Positions 1 through 8,528 of a stretch of DNA of 24,041 nucleotides are shown piece by piece. The DNA is taken from the IMG/VR virus record IMGVR_UViG_2703718827_000006; one strand, given 5' to 3'. The notes under the pieces are model-generated. The model was given only the letters and a program-made list of their open reading frames with translations. It was not told the origin of the DNA and did no database searches. The translations under genes were made by a program, and so were the position numbers. Origin of the DNA: a virus. Taxonomy: Duplodnaviria; Heunggongvirae; Uroviricota; Caudoviricetes. Numbering within the stretch: position 1 is the first letter of the stretch; each line of letters opens with the position of its first letter.

Positions 1-1062
1 TTCTCCCAAACCAAGGTATGCGAGAAGACCAGCTACATCCTTTCCACTCAAATTAGTCAGCGTATTGTCCAGCGGTTGTTTACCTGCCAGCGCATTAAGC
101 ATTGTCGTGGCAAAGTTCGGGTCATTCCCCAGCGCCGCAGCCAGTTCATTCAGTGTATCCAGTGCCGCAGGTGCAGAACCCACCATTGCCGCAATCGCCG
201 ATTTCACAAATGCCGTGGTGGCAATCTGTGTATTGTTGACCGACTGTGCCGCAGTAGGTGCGGTTGGCGTTCCGGTGAGTGCCGGACTCGACAGCGGCGC
301 TTTCAGTGCCAGCGCATTGTTAATGGTGGTACTGAATTTCGGATCATTGTTAATGGCTGCGGCTATTTCTTTCAGCGTGTCCAGCGTGGCTGGCGCACCA
401 TTAATAAGAGCCGTCAGAGCCGCCTGAACAAACGCGGTGGTCGCAATCTGCGTGGTGTTATTCCCTGCGGCTGGCGTTGGCGCTTTGGGTGTCCCGGTAA
501 ACGTCGGACTTTCTTTGGGTGCATACTGTGAATGCGGGTCCGGTGCGGCAAGATGTTTTGCCATCTGATCATCCGCGTACACCTTCAGCTCCAGTGCCTT
601 GTCATCCACATACTTGCGGGTTGCCAGCACTACGGCAGGGTCGATTTTCAGGGTGATATTGTCCGTGCTGCTGGTAATCAGCACCATGCGCACGGTCTGA
701 GTGCGCCCGCTACCTTCAGCCAGTTGCGGCTTATAGCTTTCCGGGCAGTTGCCCACGGCAATCAATGCCCCGGACTCATCAAACAAGCCCACTTCACGTA
801 TCCACCAACCGCCCTCGTTTTCAGGGATCACCTGTTCGGCAATAATCTGGCTGCTGTTCTGCGGGTCGATATAGAGCATATTCAGCGCAGCCCGGCGTTT
901 CTCATTTACCAGTGCAGTCTGCTTTGAGTCTGGCGTTGGCAATACTCCGCCGCCATCGCCGACCGCCATATGGGTAATTTTTAGCGGCACACCGAGCGCG
1001 GCGGCGCTGGCAAGTTTCGCCGCACCAATATCCGTCAGCAGGGTATAAAATTTTGTGCTCAT
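1..1062 (-). CDS. H: Tail fibre protein gpH, N-terminal part (gene runs off the left edge of the window)
   Basis: Reverse translation from ATG at 1060-1062 gives MSTKFYTLLTDIGAAKLASAAALGVPLKITHMAVGDGGG..., closely resembling the conserved N-terminus of P2 gpH as recalled. No in-window stop. Lies directly downstream of gpI as in P2. Confidence 0.8.
   Translation of the reverse strand, partial: MSTKFYTLLTDIGAAKLASAAALGVPLKITHMAVGDGGGVLPTPDSKQTALVNEKRRAALNMLYIDPQNSSQIIAEQVIPENEGGWWIREVGLFDESGALIAVGNCPESYKPQLAEGSGRTQTVRMVLITSSTDNITLKIDPAVVLATRKYVDDKALELKVYADDQMAKHLAAPDPHSQYAPKESPTFTGTPKAPTPAAGNNTTQIATTAFVQAALTALINGAPATLDTLKEIAAAINNDPKFSTTINNALALKAPLSSPALTGTPTAPTAAQSVNNTQIATTAFVKSAIAAMVGSAPAALDTLNELAAALGNDPNFATTMLNALAGKQPLDNTLTNLSGKDVAGLLAYLGLGE
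80..520. repeat. Diverged tandem duplication (about 220 bp units) inside the tail fibre gene; approximate coordinates
   Basis: Seen in sequence: 61-180 and 281-400 share blocks such as gccagcgcatt / ttcgg(g/a)tcatt, and 181-300 vs 400-520 share aa(t/c)gc(c/g)gtggt(g/c)gcaatctg(t/c)gt. P2-type fibres are known to contain internal peptide repeats. Confidence 0.5.
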
Positions 1063-1664
1063 GGATTCACTCTCATTGTGTCAATAACATGGACCGCCCC
1101 GCCTTCATGCGCGGTGCCGCCAGAAATAATTGTTTCGTTGATATACGGATAGATCGTGATTTCTTCGCCAAGATAGCTGGCGGCCCCCACCCAATGCGGA
1201 CCGCTGGTCTGCAGATTGATGGACATGCCGATCATGTGACGGCTACATGGTTTGGCATCGCTTATCAGCCGCTCAAGTTCCAGATAGGTATCTTCAGTGA
1301 TGCCCTGGTCCTGCACGCCGATATCCAGGCGAAACGTGCCCGGTGTTTCTCCGGTCTGCCACCACTCAATAATGCGGATCAGGAATCCGAACGGTTCCAC
1401 CACCCGCCGCACGGCACTGGTGGTTCCTTTATGCTGATGAATATAAAAAGCATCCTTCACTACCTGGCGTTTGACGCTTTCTGTCCAGCCCTCGTCCCAG
1501 CGATCCACAGAGAACGCCCAGGCGAGATAAGGTAGGAAGCTGACCGGACAGGTAGCCGGATTCCACAAGTCACGCAGCGGCACCTGCAGATCAGAAATCC
1601 CGCTACAGGTTTGCGCCAGTCGGCGCTCCAGTGAAGTTGAACCCGGTGGCAGCAGACTATTCAT
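1059..1664 (-). CDS. I: Baseplate assembly protein gpI
   Basis: 201 aa ORF with ATG start and GGAGG RBS about 5 nt upstream. Position between J and H and overall sequence character fit P2 gpI. Confidence 0.8.
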   Translation of the reverse strand: MNSLLPPGSTSLERRLAQTCSGISDLQVPLRDLWNPATCPVSFLPYLAWAFSVDRWDEGWTESVKRQVVKDAFYIHQHKGTTSAVRRVVEPFGFLIRIIEWWQTGETPGTFRLDIGVQDQGITEDTYLELERLISDAKPCSRHMIGMSINLQTSGPHWVGAASYLGEEITIYPYINETIISGGTAHEGGAVHVIDTMRVNP

Positions 1665-2565
1665 CCGTTCCTCCGTTGGTTACGCTCCACTGCGTACATG
1701 ATGCCGCCTGTGTTTTGTTCAGGACCACATCCGCCAGAGGAGAAGCCAGCTCCACACGCTGCACACCCTCAACATGCAGGGCGGCAAAGATGGCGCTACG
1801 GCGAATATCCCGACCAAGACGCGTCTGACTGGCAATGTACTTCTGCAGGCTGGCTTTTGCCGCTGCCATTACCGGCTCTGCTTCCGGTCCCGGATAGAGA
1901 AAAATGGTGGCTTCCACGCGATACGGGATGATTTCTGCGCTGCGAACCGTAAGACGGTCAGCCACCGGGCGGACGTTCTCACTGTTCAGAGCTTTTTCCA
2001 CCACGTCCAGCAGGTCTTTTTCTGCAGTTCCATCGCCTTCGCGGCTAAGGACAGTCAGCACCACCTCTGCAGGTGCCGGGCTGGTTGCACTGGCATCCGC
2101 CACCCGACCGTCGGCGCTTCGGGCATGAAATTCATAAGCTGCAGTTGGCCCCGCAACTGAAAGCCCTTCAAAGGCTGCAGGCACACGCAGGCGTAACGCT
2201 TCATCGCTTTCCATCACAGCTGCAACGGGCGGCACAGCGTCATTATCAGCAGGCGTCACCGTCAGGCGTTTCACGTTGTAGTTGGCAGCGAGCTGGTCAA
2301 GATCGCTGCCCATCGCGTAAGCCACCATCACAGCCTGCGCGGCTTCGTTAATGCGCTGGCGCAGAAGCAACTCACGGTAAGCGTTCTCCTGCAGCAATTT
2401 GGTGACGGGTTCAGATTCCAGTTCCAGCGTGCGGATCACTGCTTCCTGCTCATCTTTCGGATGAAGCGCAACAAATTCGGCCTTGCGTTCGGCAAGCAGC
2501 GTCTCAAAGTCCGGCACATCCACAATCTGCGGCGCAGGCAACTGCGAAAGGTCAATCACTGCCAT
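1657..2565 (-). CDS. J: Baseplate assembly protein gpJ
   Basis: ORF 1657-2604; start refined to the internal ATG (MAVIDLSQLP...) at 2565, which has an AGGAG RBS. About 302 aa, the size of P2 gpJ. Overlaps W end and I start as in P2. Confidence 0.8.
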   Translation of the reverse strand: MAVIDLSQLPAPQIVDVPDFETLLAERKAEFVALHPKDEQEAVIRTLELESEPVTKLLQENAYRELLLRQRINEAAQAVMVAYAMGSDLDQLAANYNVKRLTVTPADNDAVPPVAAVMESDEALRLRVPAAFEGLSVAGPTAAYEFHARSADGRVADASATSPAPAEVVLTVLSREGDGTAEKDLLDVVEKALNSENVRPVADRLTVRSAEIIPYRVEATIFLYPGPEAEPVMAAAKASLQKYIASQTRLGRDIRRSAIFAALHVEGVQRVELASPLADVVLNKTQAASCTQWSVTNGGTDE

Positions 2566-2911
2566 TCTCTGCTCCTGTTGATACGGAAAGGGAAACAGGC
2601 ACACCGTTATTACGCCGCCCGCTCAGCGCCACCACCATTGAACCGTCAAAATTGCTGTTGATGGTGATGGAATCCAGCGTCATCCGTGGCTCCCAGCGAC
2701 TCAGCGCCACATACACTGCCGACATGACCTGCAGGCGTAATGCCGGATTTTGTGGCTGGTCTATCAGTGCCGACAGCAGGGAACCATATTCACGGCGAGC
2801 AATGCGGCTACCCTGCGGCGTCAGCAGAATGTCCCGCACCGACTGGCGCAGATGGTCAATATCAGTAATGACTTTGCCGCTTGTATTGTTCATCCCGCTA
2901 TAAAGCGTCAT
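2552..2911 (-). CDS. W: Baseplate protein gpW (GPW/gp25 family)
   Basis: 119 aa ORF, ATG start, TGA/ATG overlap with V. Size and position match P2 gpW. Confidence 0.8.
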   Translation of the reverse strand: MTLYSGMNNTSGKVITDIDHLRQSVRDILLTPQGSRIARREYGSLLSALIDQPQNPALRLQVMSAVYVALSRWEPRMTLDSITINSNFDGSMVVALSGRRNNGVPVSLSVSTGAENGSD

Positions 2912-3486
2912 ACCGGGCCTCCGGTTGTATCGCCGCCTTTCAGGACGCCAGTATGCTGATGCGCATCAACCACGATCCCGTTAGAACTCATCGCTCCGCC
3001 GCCCTGGGTAACGCCACCATTGATCACCACTTCGCTGTTAATGCGCGTGCGGTCAGCCTCCAGTACAAACTCACTGGTTTTCATGGTGATGTTGTCAGCG
3101 GCCTCAATGACCATTGATTTGATGCCCCTGACATACCAGCGCCCGGTGGCGGGTTCATATTCAAACCAGCCACCGTCAGGATGTTCTGTCACGCAGGCGT
3201 CCGCCGACGTCGACGGTGGTGCGAACTGATTCGAATAGACAGCGGGCAGCGCAAAGGCAGTCTCCAGATTGCCGCCCAGACTCAGCAGCACCACCTGCTC
3301 ACCTTCTGATGGTTTCCACCATGTGCGGGCATTACCCGCGCGCAGCGTCAGCCAGTTAATCCAGTTAGTTTCAAGGTCGCCCGTTTTCACCCGGCAAAGC
3401 CAGTTTGTCCTGTCCACTTCGGTGACTACCCCTGTGCGGATCAGGTTGGTGATAAGGCGCATGATTTCGGTTAATTGTGCGTTCAT
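2908..3486 (-). CDS. V: Baseplate spike/assembly protein gpV
   Basis: 192 aa ORF starting MNAQLTEIMRLITNLIRTGVVTEV..., ATG start. Conserved position upstream of W in the baseplate operon. Confidence 0.8.
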   Translation of the reverse strand: MNAQLTEIMRLITNLIRTGVVTEVDRTNWLCRVKTGDLETNWINWLTLRAGNARTWWKPSEGEQVVLLSLGGNLETAFALPAVYSNQFAPPSTSADACVTEHPDGGWFEYEPATGRWYVRGIKSMVIEAADNITMKTSEFVLEADRTRINSEVVINGGVTQGGGAMSSNGIVVDAHQHTGVLKGGDTTGGPV

Positions 3487-3532
3487 AGGGAAAGGTTGCC
3501 ATCAGGGGAAGAAAGGCGGCAGTGCTGCAACT

Positions 3533-3550
3533 TGTATCAGTGCTGATACA
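3533..3550. promoter_or_regulatory. TGT-N12-ACA dyad upstream of gene V: candidate binding site for the Ogr/B-type late activator
   Basis: Seen in sequence: cttGTATCAGtgcTGATACaag is a perfect inverted repeat containing TGT-N12-ACA, in the 68 bp S-V intergenic gap. P2-family late promoters are known to carry this dyad. Confidence 0.4.
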
Positions 3551-3554
3551 AAAA

Positions 3555-4001
3555 TCACCCCGCCAGCCATTGCAGAATCATGTCGCGGGTCATTGCCTCA
3601 ACATCATCATTTACACCCAGAAGGCGACGCTCTGCGTAACGGACCTCCGGTCCTTTGCGGCTGACGCGATCACGTAAGCCGTAGTGATGAACACGGGCAA
3701 TGCGCTGTACCTTGCCTTCAAACTGCACGCTGGCAGAGTCGGCGCTGGCGGCAGTTTTCAGGTATTTTGTGGTGCGCAGCTTTGCAAACATCTGACGTTT
3801 GATGCGCCCCTTCTTGCTGCGTGCTGTTACCCTGCGCGGTTCATAACTGCTGCCATCTGGATTGCGCTGCATCCTGATATTCTGCTGCTGTGTCCGGCGC
3901 AGTTCCTGCGCCAGCTGGCGCATCATGCGGCTTCTCGTGGCTGGTTCCAGATTCGCCAGCAAGGCACTCAGCCAGTCGTCCACCTTCTGCAGTTCAGCCA
4001 C
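3555..4001 (-). CDS. S: Tail completion / virion morphogenesis protein gpS
   Basis: 148 aa ORF (first codon GTG in the track), in the conserved position between R and V. Size matches P2 gpS (about 150 aa). Confidence 0.75.
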   Translation of the reverse strand: MAELQKVDDWLSALLANLEPATRSRMMRQLAQELRRTQQQNIRMQRNPDGSSYEPRRVTARSKKGRIKRQMFAKLRTTKYLKTAASADSASVQFEGKVQRIARVHHYGLRDRVSRKGPEVRYAERRLLGVNDDVEAMTRDMILQWLAG

Positions 4002-4425
4002 GTTTCACCGTCCACATTTCTTCAGGTTCATCGGGTTCTGCTACAGCTTCAACGCTCGACACACTGCCGTCAGTGCTGACCAGCACACGTTCCGTCAGTT
4101 GCAGGTTAAGGCTGATATCACAGACATCGTTGCGCAAAATATCCACATCAAAGGTGAATAGCTTTTCCCGTAACGCCGGGTTATTGATGGCATCGGGCTG
4201 GTTATCCCGAAGCCACAGTAAAACCGGGGCCATCAGCAGATTCTGGTCGCCACTGAAATCCTCTATCACCACGTTCAGGGTATAGCGGTACTCCCATGAC
4301 ATGGAGCTGGCCCCCGTGGCAACCAGCGAACCGTTATCCACAAACAGATGCAGTTTGTCCGGGTTATTGCGGACATAAGGCACCGCTTTATTGAGGGCGT
4401 GGCGCAGGGATTGTGGTTTGTTCAC
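3994..4425 (-). CDS. R: Tail completion protein gpR
   Basis: ORF 3994-4446 begins with TTG; start refined to GTG at 4425 (VNKPQSLRHALNKAVPY...), which has an AGGAG RBS 7 nt upstream. Position downstream of the lysis genes fits P2 gpR. Confidence 0.7.
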   Translation of the reverse strand: MNKPQSLRHALNKAVPYVRNNPDKLHLFVDNGSLVATGASSMSWEYRYTLNVVIEDFSGDQNLLMAPVLLWLRDNQPDAINNPALREKLFTFDVDILRNDVCDISLNLQLTERVLVSTDGSVSSVEAVAEPDEPEEMWTVKRG

Positions 4426-4678
4426 TGTTTCGCTCCTGACACGCAATAATCATGTCCACTTTGTCTGCACAGACCGCCCAGGCGGCCTCCGTTTCATCCA
4501 ACAACGCGTTCAGATCACCGTTAGTGCGCGGCGCTGCCTGCTCCAGCCGACACGGTGTCACTCGCGGACAACCACTGACGATAAGCTGCACCTCCGGTGA
4601 GTGCCGAACGTTCCCGCAGCCGGATAATGTCAGCAGGCAAAGGAGTATCAGCCCAGCGGCGTAAATCCTCGTTCTCAC
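4388..4678 (-). CDS. lysC: LysC: Rz1-like outer-membrane lipoprotein (o-spanin), starting inside lysB in another frame
   Basis: Signal peptide with lipobox (LLTLSGC), proline-rich C-terminus. Starts inside the LysB ORF in a different frame and extends past its stop, the arrangement known for P2 lysB/lysC. Start codon appears to be GTG. Confidence 0.65.
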   Translation of the reverse strand: MRTRIYAAGLILLCLLTLSGCGNVRHSPEVQLIVSGCPRVTPCRLEQAAPRTNGDLNALLDETEAAWAVCADKVDMIIACQERNSEQTTIPAPRPQ

Positions 4679-4949
4679 GTTTCAGTTCCTCGATCCGGTG
4701 TTGTCGTTGTCTCAGCAGCGCGCTGGTCTGTTCTGCTTCGGCATAGAGCCGCGCCTGCTCCCGGTTATTGGTTTCAGTCAGAATGGACAGGCTAATAAGC
4801 TGGCTGTTGCTCTTTGCCAGTGCCTGGCTTTTGCTCTGCAGCTCGCCTGCCTGCGTGCTAATGGTCTGGCTGGCATCAGCCAGCCGCCACGTCTGCCAGC
4901 CCAGCGCCGCCAGTAATAACGCCAGCACAACCAGCAGCAACCGGTTCAT
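4521..4949 (-). CDS. lysB: LysB: Rz-like inner-membrane spanin (i-spanin)
   Basis: 142 aa with one N-terminal transmembrane helix (MNRLLLVVLALLLAALGW) followed by charged, coiled-coil-like sequence. Position after lysA. Confidence 0.7.
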   Translation of the reverse strand: MNRLLLVVLALLLAALGWQTWRLADASQTISTQAGELQSKSQALAKSNSQLISLSILTETNNREQARLYAEAEQTSALLRQRQHRIEELKRENEDLRRWADTPLPADIIRLRERSALTGGAAYRQWLSASDTVSAGAGSAAH

Positions 4950-5323
4950 GCTGCTACCTGTTGCGCCATCTGATTACGGGTGATCCAGAAGGCAATAACG
5001 GTCAGCAGATAAAAGACCAGGGTAATAGCCCACCCCGTCCAGGCGAGACTTACGACAATCAGCAATCGCATCACCCAACTGATAAATACGTTTTCTTTTC
5101 GGGTAATTGTCTTCAGCAAAGATCCCCTTAACTCCTGCCAGAGCGGGCCATTCTTAATTAACGCAGCCAGTGCTACCGGAATTACCGCCCATGTCAGCAA
5201 ACAGGCTACCCAAACGCCGGACGCTGCCAGTACCGGAAAAATCCCCTGCGGATACACCATTGCCGCGATTAACAGCGCCATCCATAACATCAGAAACAGT
5301 CCGCTGATTAATTTCTTTTTCAT
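4946..5323 (-). CDS. lysA: LysA-like polytopic membrane protein (lysis timing)
   Basis: ORF 4946-5395; start refined to ATG at 5321-5323 (MKKKLISGLFLMLWMALLIAAMV...), immediately after the endolysin stop. Several hydrophobic helices. Position corresponds to P2 lysA. Confidence 0.6.
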   Translation of the reverse strand: MKKKLISGLFLMLWMALLIAAMVYPQGIFPVLAASGVWVACLLTWAVIPVALAALIKNGPLWQELRGSLLKTITRKENVFISWVMRLLIVVSLAWTGWAITLVFYLLTVIAFWITRNQMAQQVAA

Positions 5324-5324
5324 T

Positions 5325-5837
5325 TCAGTTTGCTCCCTGTAAACACCAGGACATCTCCCGCGCACGGCGGTTATCCAGCCCCTGATTAAACACACCTTTT
5401 ACATACACCCAGCGCGGCAACTGTCGGCACGCATCCGCCCAGCGCCGCTGGTTGAGCAATTTCACCAACGTGGAACTGCAGGCATTGCCCGTTCCCACGT
5501 TGAAGGCAAACGACACCACCGCGTCATACACCTTCTGCGGCGGCTGTTGCTTCACACACCTTTCCAGCACCCGCTCCACACGTAGCACGTTGGAGATCAG
5601 CCCTTCTGCTGCCTGTCGTTCCGTAATGGTTTTGCCGGGAATGACGCCCGACGTATTACCAATGCCGTCGGTCCAGACACCCGCGCTGCACTGATACGGC
5701 TGCAGACGACAGCCTTCGTAATCGGCAATCAGTTTCAGTCCCTCCACGGAGGTGTGAAGCTGCTGAAAACCCGGCAGCGTGGCAGCAATAGCCAGCACGG
5801 TCCCGACAAGGCAGCGTTTAACGATTGATGGATTCAT
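5325..5837 (-). CDS. Endolysin, T4-lysozyme-like muramidase with N-terminal signal-anchor-release (SAR) segment
   Basis: Start refined to ATG at 5837 (MNPSIVKRCLVGTVLAIAATLPG...) with GGGAGG RBS. Weakly hydrophobic G/A-rich N-terminus, then the lysozyme catalytic region (...ADYEGCRLQPYQCSAGVWTDGIGNT...). Confidence 0.8.
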   Translation of the reverse strand: MNPSIVKRCLVGTVLAIAATLPGFQQLHTSVEGLKLIADYEGCRLQPYQCSAGVWTDGIGNTSGVIPGKTITERQAAEGLISNVLRVERVLERCVKQQPPQKVYDAVVSFAFNVGTGNACSSTLVKLLNQRRWADACRQLPRWVYVKGVFNQGLDNRRAREMSWCLQGAN

Positions 5838-6033
5838 AATCCTCCCGCGAGATCTGCCCGTCACGCAGAAGCTGGTAGGCTTTGTGTTTGTAGTACCAGT
5901 TGATAGCCAGCATCAGCACACCAATCATCAGGCCCCCCAGCGTTGAGGCATCCTTGATGGACAAATCGCCCAGCCAGGCCAGCACGACGGCGATGCAATA
6001 CGTGATAAAGGCGCTGATTCGCTCAAGTGTCAT
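5818..6033 (-). CDS. Holin (small class II, two TMDs; pinholin-like given the SAR endolysin partner)
   Basis: 71 aa, ATG start, two hydrophobic segments and a charged C-terminus (KHKAYQLLRDGQISREDYESINR). Immediately upstream of and overlapping the endolysin. Confidence 0.7.
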   Translation of the reverse strand: MTLERISAFITYCIAVVLAWLGDLSIKDASTLGGLMIGVLMLAINWYYKHKAYQLLRDGQISREDYESINR

Positions 6034-6036
6034 AAT

Positions 6037-6240
6037 TCAGTCCCATAGCTGGACGGTCTGCACGGTGGTGGTGGTCGGAATGTCCGGCAGCTCCACCTGC
6101 AGCCCGTGAGGTAAAAAGGGGCCGTGTTCGGCAAGCCCCGGATTTGCCTTCAGTACCTGCTCCGTGACACCCTGTGTACGCCCGTAATGACGCCAGCAAA
6201 GCGCGTCCACCGTGTCATACTGATGCGCACGTACTTTCAT
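6037..6240 (-). CDS. X: Tail protein X (gpX, LysM-like)
   Basis: 67 aa (MKVRAHQYDTVDALCWRHYGRT...), the same size as P2 gpX. Located between L and the holin as in P2. Confidence 0.85.
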   Translation of the reverse strand: MKVRAHQYDTVDALCWRHYGRTQGVTEQVLKANPGLAEHGPFLPHGLQVELPDIPTTTTVQTVQLWD

Positions 6241-6704
6241 CAGATAAGCTCCACTGTGCAGTGCGGCGCATCCTGCACCCGGCTGACGGCCCAGCGGGCG
6301 TCACGCCACAAATCACCGCTGGTTTCTGCCAGTTCTTCGCCTCGCTTCACACCGGATGCCGTGGCGTCATAGTCCTGGTATCGTTCGTTGAGCATGGCGC
6401 GTGCCCAGCAGTAAACCGCGTTGAAATAGTGCTGAATGCGCTCACTTTTCCCGTCCAGCTGTTCTGCCGGAACCTCTGCCAGCGAGGCATACCCCAGCAT
6501 CTGCTGGCGTCTGCGAAACTCATACAGCTCTGCGTTGACCTCCGAAATTGCCGACAGCGCAACCTGCTTTAAACGCGGCTGCGTCACCGTGCCGTCAGTG
6601 CGCATCACGCTGCGAAACTCCGACAGGTCCACATCAGGCCAGAACGGCGTATTTCTGATGATTTCCGCCTGTTCCGGTGCCTGTTCTGGCGCAACAAACT
6701 TCAT
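6240..6704 (-). CDS. L: Head completion/stabilisation protein gpL
   Basis: ORF 6240-6767 begins with GTG; start refined to ATG at 6704 (MKFVAPEQAPEQ...) with AGGAGA RBS. Position between M and X. Confidence 0.8.
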   Translation of the reverse strand: MKFVAPEQAPEQAEIIRNTPFWPDVDLSEFRSVMRTDGTVTQPRLKQVALSAISEVNAELYEFRRRQQMLGYASLAEVPAEQLDGKSERIQHYFNAVYCWARAMLNERYQDYDATASGVKRGEELAETSGDLWRDARWAVSRVQDAPHCTVELI

Positions 6705-6799
6705 GCTGCTTTCTCCTGAAATAGAGGGCGGTGGACGGGGTTTTGATGTGGCGGTGCCTTTCGCCACCCCGTGCCGCCCGTGCGCGGGGGCACGTTCTG

Positions 6800-7450
6800 T
6801 CAGCGGCTGTCATTGCGCAGTCTGCGCTCCAGCTGCTGTTTGTCTTTTTTCACGCCACAGCGGGGATCGAGCTGTAACGCATGGTTGAGATGATTAAGGG
6901 CGGAAGCCGGATTGCTTTCACTCAGGACAGCGCCAATCGCTTTATGCAGACGCGCCCGTGACTGGTCCGGCATATCCAGACCGTCTGTCAGCTCCAGCGT
7001 CTGCAGCAACAGATCGGCATCAAAGCCGGTGGCGGCAAGCATTGCGCTCTGCGCTGCATCTGCCATTTCCTCTGCCAGCACGGTCTGCACGTTGCGGTTA
7101 CCCAGCGGCATCACCCAGCCATGACGCAGGGCATGACGCCCGATCTCCAGCGCCCCGGCATAATCTCCGGCATCAATGCGCCACAGCATCACGTACATCA
7201 GCACGTCATCCTGTTGAGCGCCTCCGGCAGCCAGGACGCCCTCCGCCCAGGCGGCATATTTCGGCAGCAGCTCCACCTTTATTTCCGCTTTTTTCACCGT
7301 GGACTGAACGCCCTTGAGACGGCGGCGGTCTTCCGCCAGTTGCAGCAGCATCAGGTCATAGCCCGACGCGTGGCGAACACTGCCGCCTTCACGGGCGGCC
7401 TGTTCAGCCTGAACGCGCAGGCGATGCTGCCGTGCGGGACTCAGGCTCAT
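6800..7450 (-). CDS. M: Terminase small (endonuclease) subunit gpM
   Basis: 216 aa, ATG start; recalled similarity to P2 gpM (conserved blocks around LLP...W..GVL and MLWR.D.GD.AGALEI). Position downstream of N. Confidence 0.8.
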   Translation of the reverse strand: MSLSPARQHRLRVQAEQAAREGGSVRHASGYDLMLLQLAEDRRRLKGVQSTVKKAEIKVELLPKYAAWAEGVLAAGGAQQDDVLMYVMLWRIDAGDYAGALEIGRHALRHGWVMPLGNRNVQTVLAEEMADAAQSAMLAATGFDADLLLQTLELTDGLDMPDQSRARLHKAIGAVLSESNPASALNHLNHALQLDPRCGVKKDKQQLERRLRNDSR

Positions 7451-7453
7451 AGG

Positions 7454-8512
7454 TTACGCTCCGGCTTCTGCTGCGGCGGCGCTGAAATCGCCAATCTGGA
7501 TGTTTTCCACCAGTGCGGCGCAGCGGTAGTCCTCAACCACATAGGCTTCGTTAACAGATTCAAAGTTTTCAATCCGGTCACGTTTCGGGTTGTCGATAAC
7601 TGAACGGCGGCGGGTATCTTCCTGCCAGTAGATGGACAGGTTATCCAGACGGGTGATCAGCAGCGCATTCGGCGGGAAGAACGGCGCACGCACGGCCTGC
7701 AGACCGCCCATGCGTTTCTGACTGATAATCATATCGGCTGCCAGTTTTTCACTGTTTTCCTGCTCTTTGTTGACCAGCGGGAAATACTTGTCAGACAGCA
7801 GTTCACGACCGCAAATCACCACCAGATCGTCATCGTCCTGGTAGACCACGTCGATAAGCTCATTAACGGCATCCATCACCACGGCGTCCAGGTTGGCATA
7901 TTCGCCACCTTTACCGACTTTCACCGCACCCGGTGTGGTTTCACCGCCCGTGGTGGTGCTGCCCATGACGTGATCCGGTGCATCCTCACGGATTTTCTGC
8001 AGCCAGCCTTTGTTCACATCCTGCAGCAGCGGGTTTTCGCTGCGGTTGGAGGTTTTCGCACGCTTCACGCCGTTAAAGCCGATCATGATGCGGTCCAGTG
8101 CCTGACGTTTCACGATGGCGTTACGGATACGCACCTGGAAATCCTGAAACTTCGCCCACAGGTCCAGCTTCGCGTAGGTCAGCACCGTGTCAAAGTTGGT
8201 CTGTTCGCATTTGTATTCCACATCGACCATCAGCGTCGGATCGACAGGTTCACGCTCTTTCGCGGTGGTGTCAGTGGTTCCGGCAATGGTGCTGCCAACA
8301 CCCAGCCCCAGCAGCTGACCGGACTGCTCAGTCACTGGCGTGACGTTAATCAGCGTCAGGAAAGCGGCGGACTGCTGGATCTGGTCTTCCAGCGTCTGCT
8401 GCACAGACGGCTCTACGGTGAACTTGCTGGACAGTTCTTCAACTGCCACACCGTTCAGACGCGCCAGCTGCTGCAGGTAAGCGTTAAAAGCAAAGCGGGT
8501 ATTCTTCTTCAT
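7454..8512 (-). CDS. N: Major capsid protein gpN
   Basis: 352 aa (P2 gpN is about 357 aa), conserved position between O and M. Confidence 0.9.
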   Translation of the reverse strand: MKKNTRFAFNAYLQQLARLNGVAVEELSSKFTVEPSVQQTLEDQIQQSAAFLTLINVTPVTEQSGQLLGLGVGSTIAGTTDTTAKEREPVDPTLMVDVEYKCEQTNFDTVLTYAKLDLWAKFQDFQVRIRNAIVKRQALDRIMIGFNGVKRAKTSNRSENPLLQDVNKGWLQKIREDAPDHVMGSTTTGGETTPGAVKVGKGGEYANLDAVVMDAVNELIDVVYQDDDDLVVICGRELLSDKYFPLVNKEQENSEKLAADMIISQKRMGGLQAVRAPFFPPNALLITRLDNLSIYWQEDTRRRSVIDNPKRDRIENFESVNEAYVVEDYRCAALVENIQIGDFSAAAAEAGA

Positions 8513-8528
8513 CGGGTTTTATGCTCCA

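Noticed and set aside
65-927. Plus-strand ORFs 65-427, 76-531 and 532-927 (120-151 aa)
   Set aside because: They lie antisense to the tail fibre gene H, have Cys/Arg-rich or low-complexity translations and no convincing RBS. They are shadow ORFs of a GC-rich coding region.
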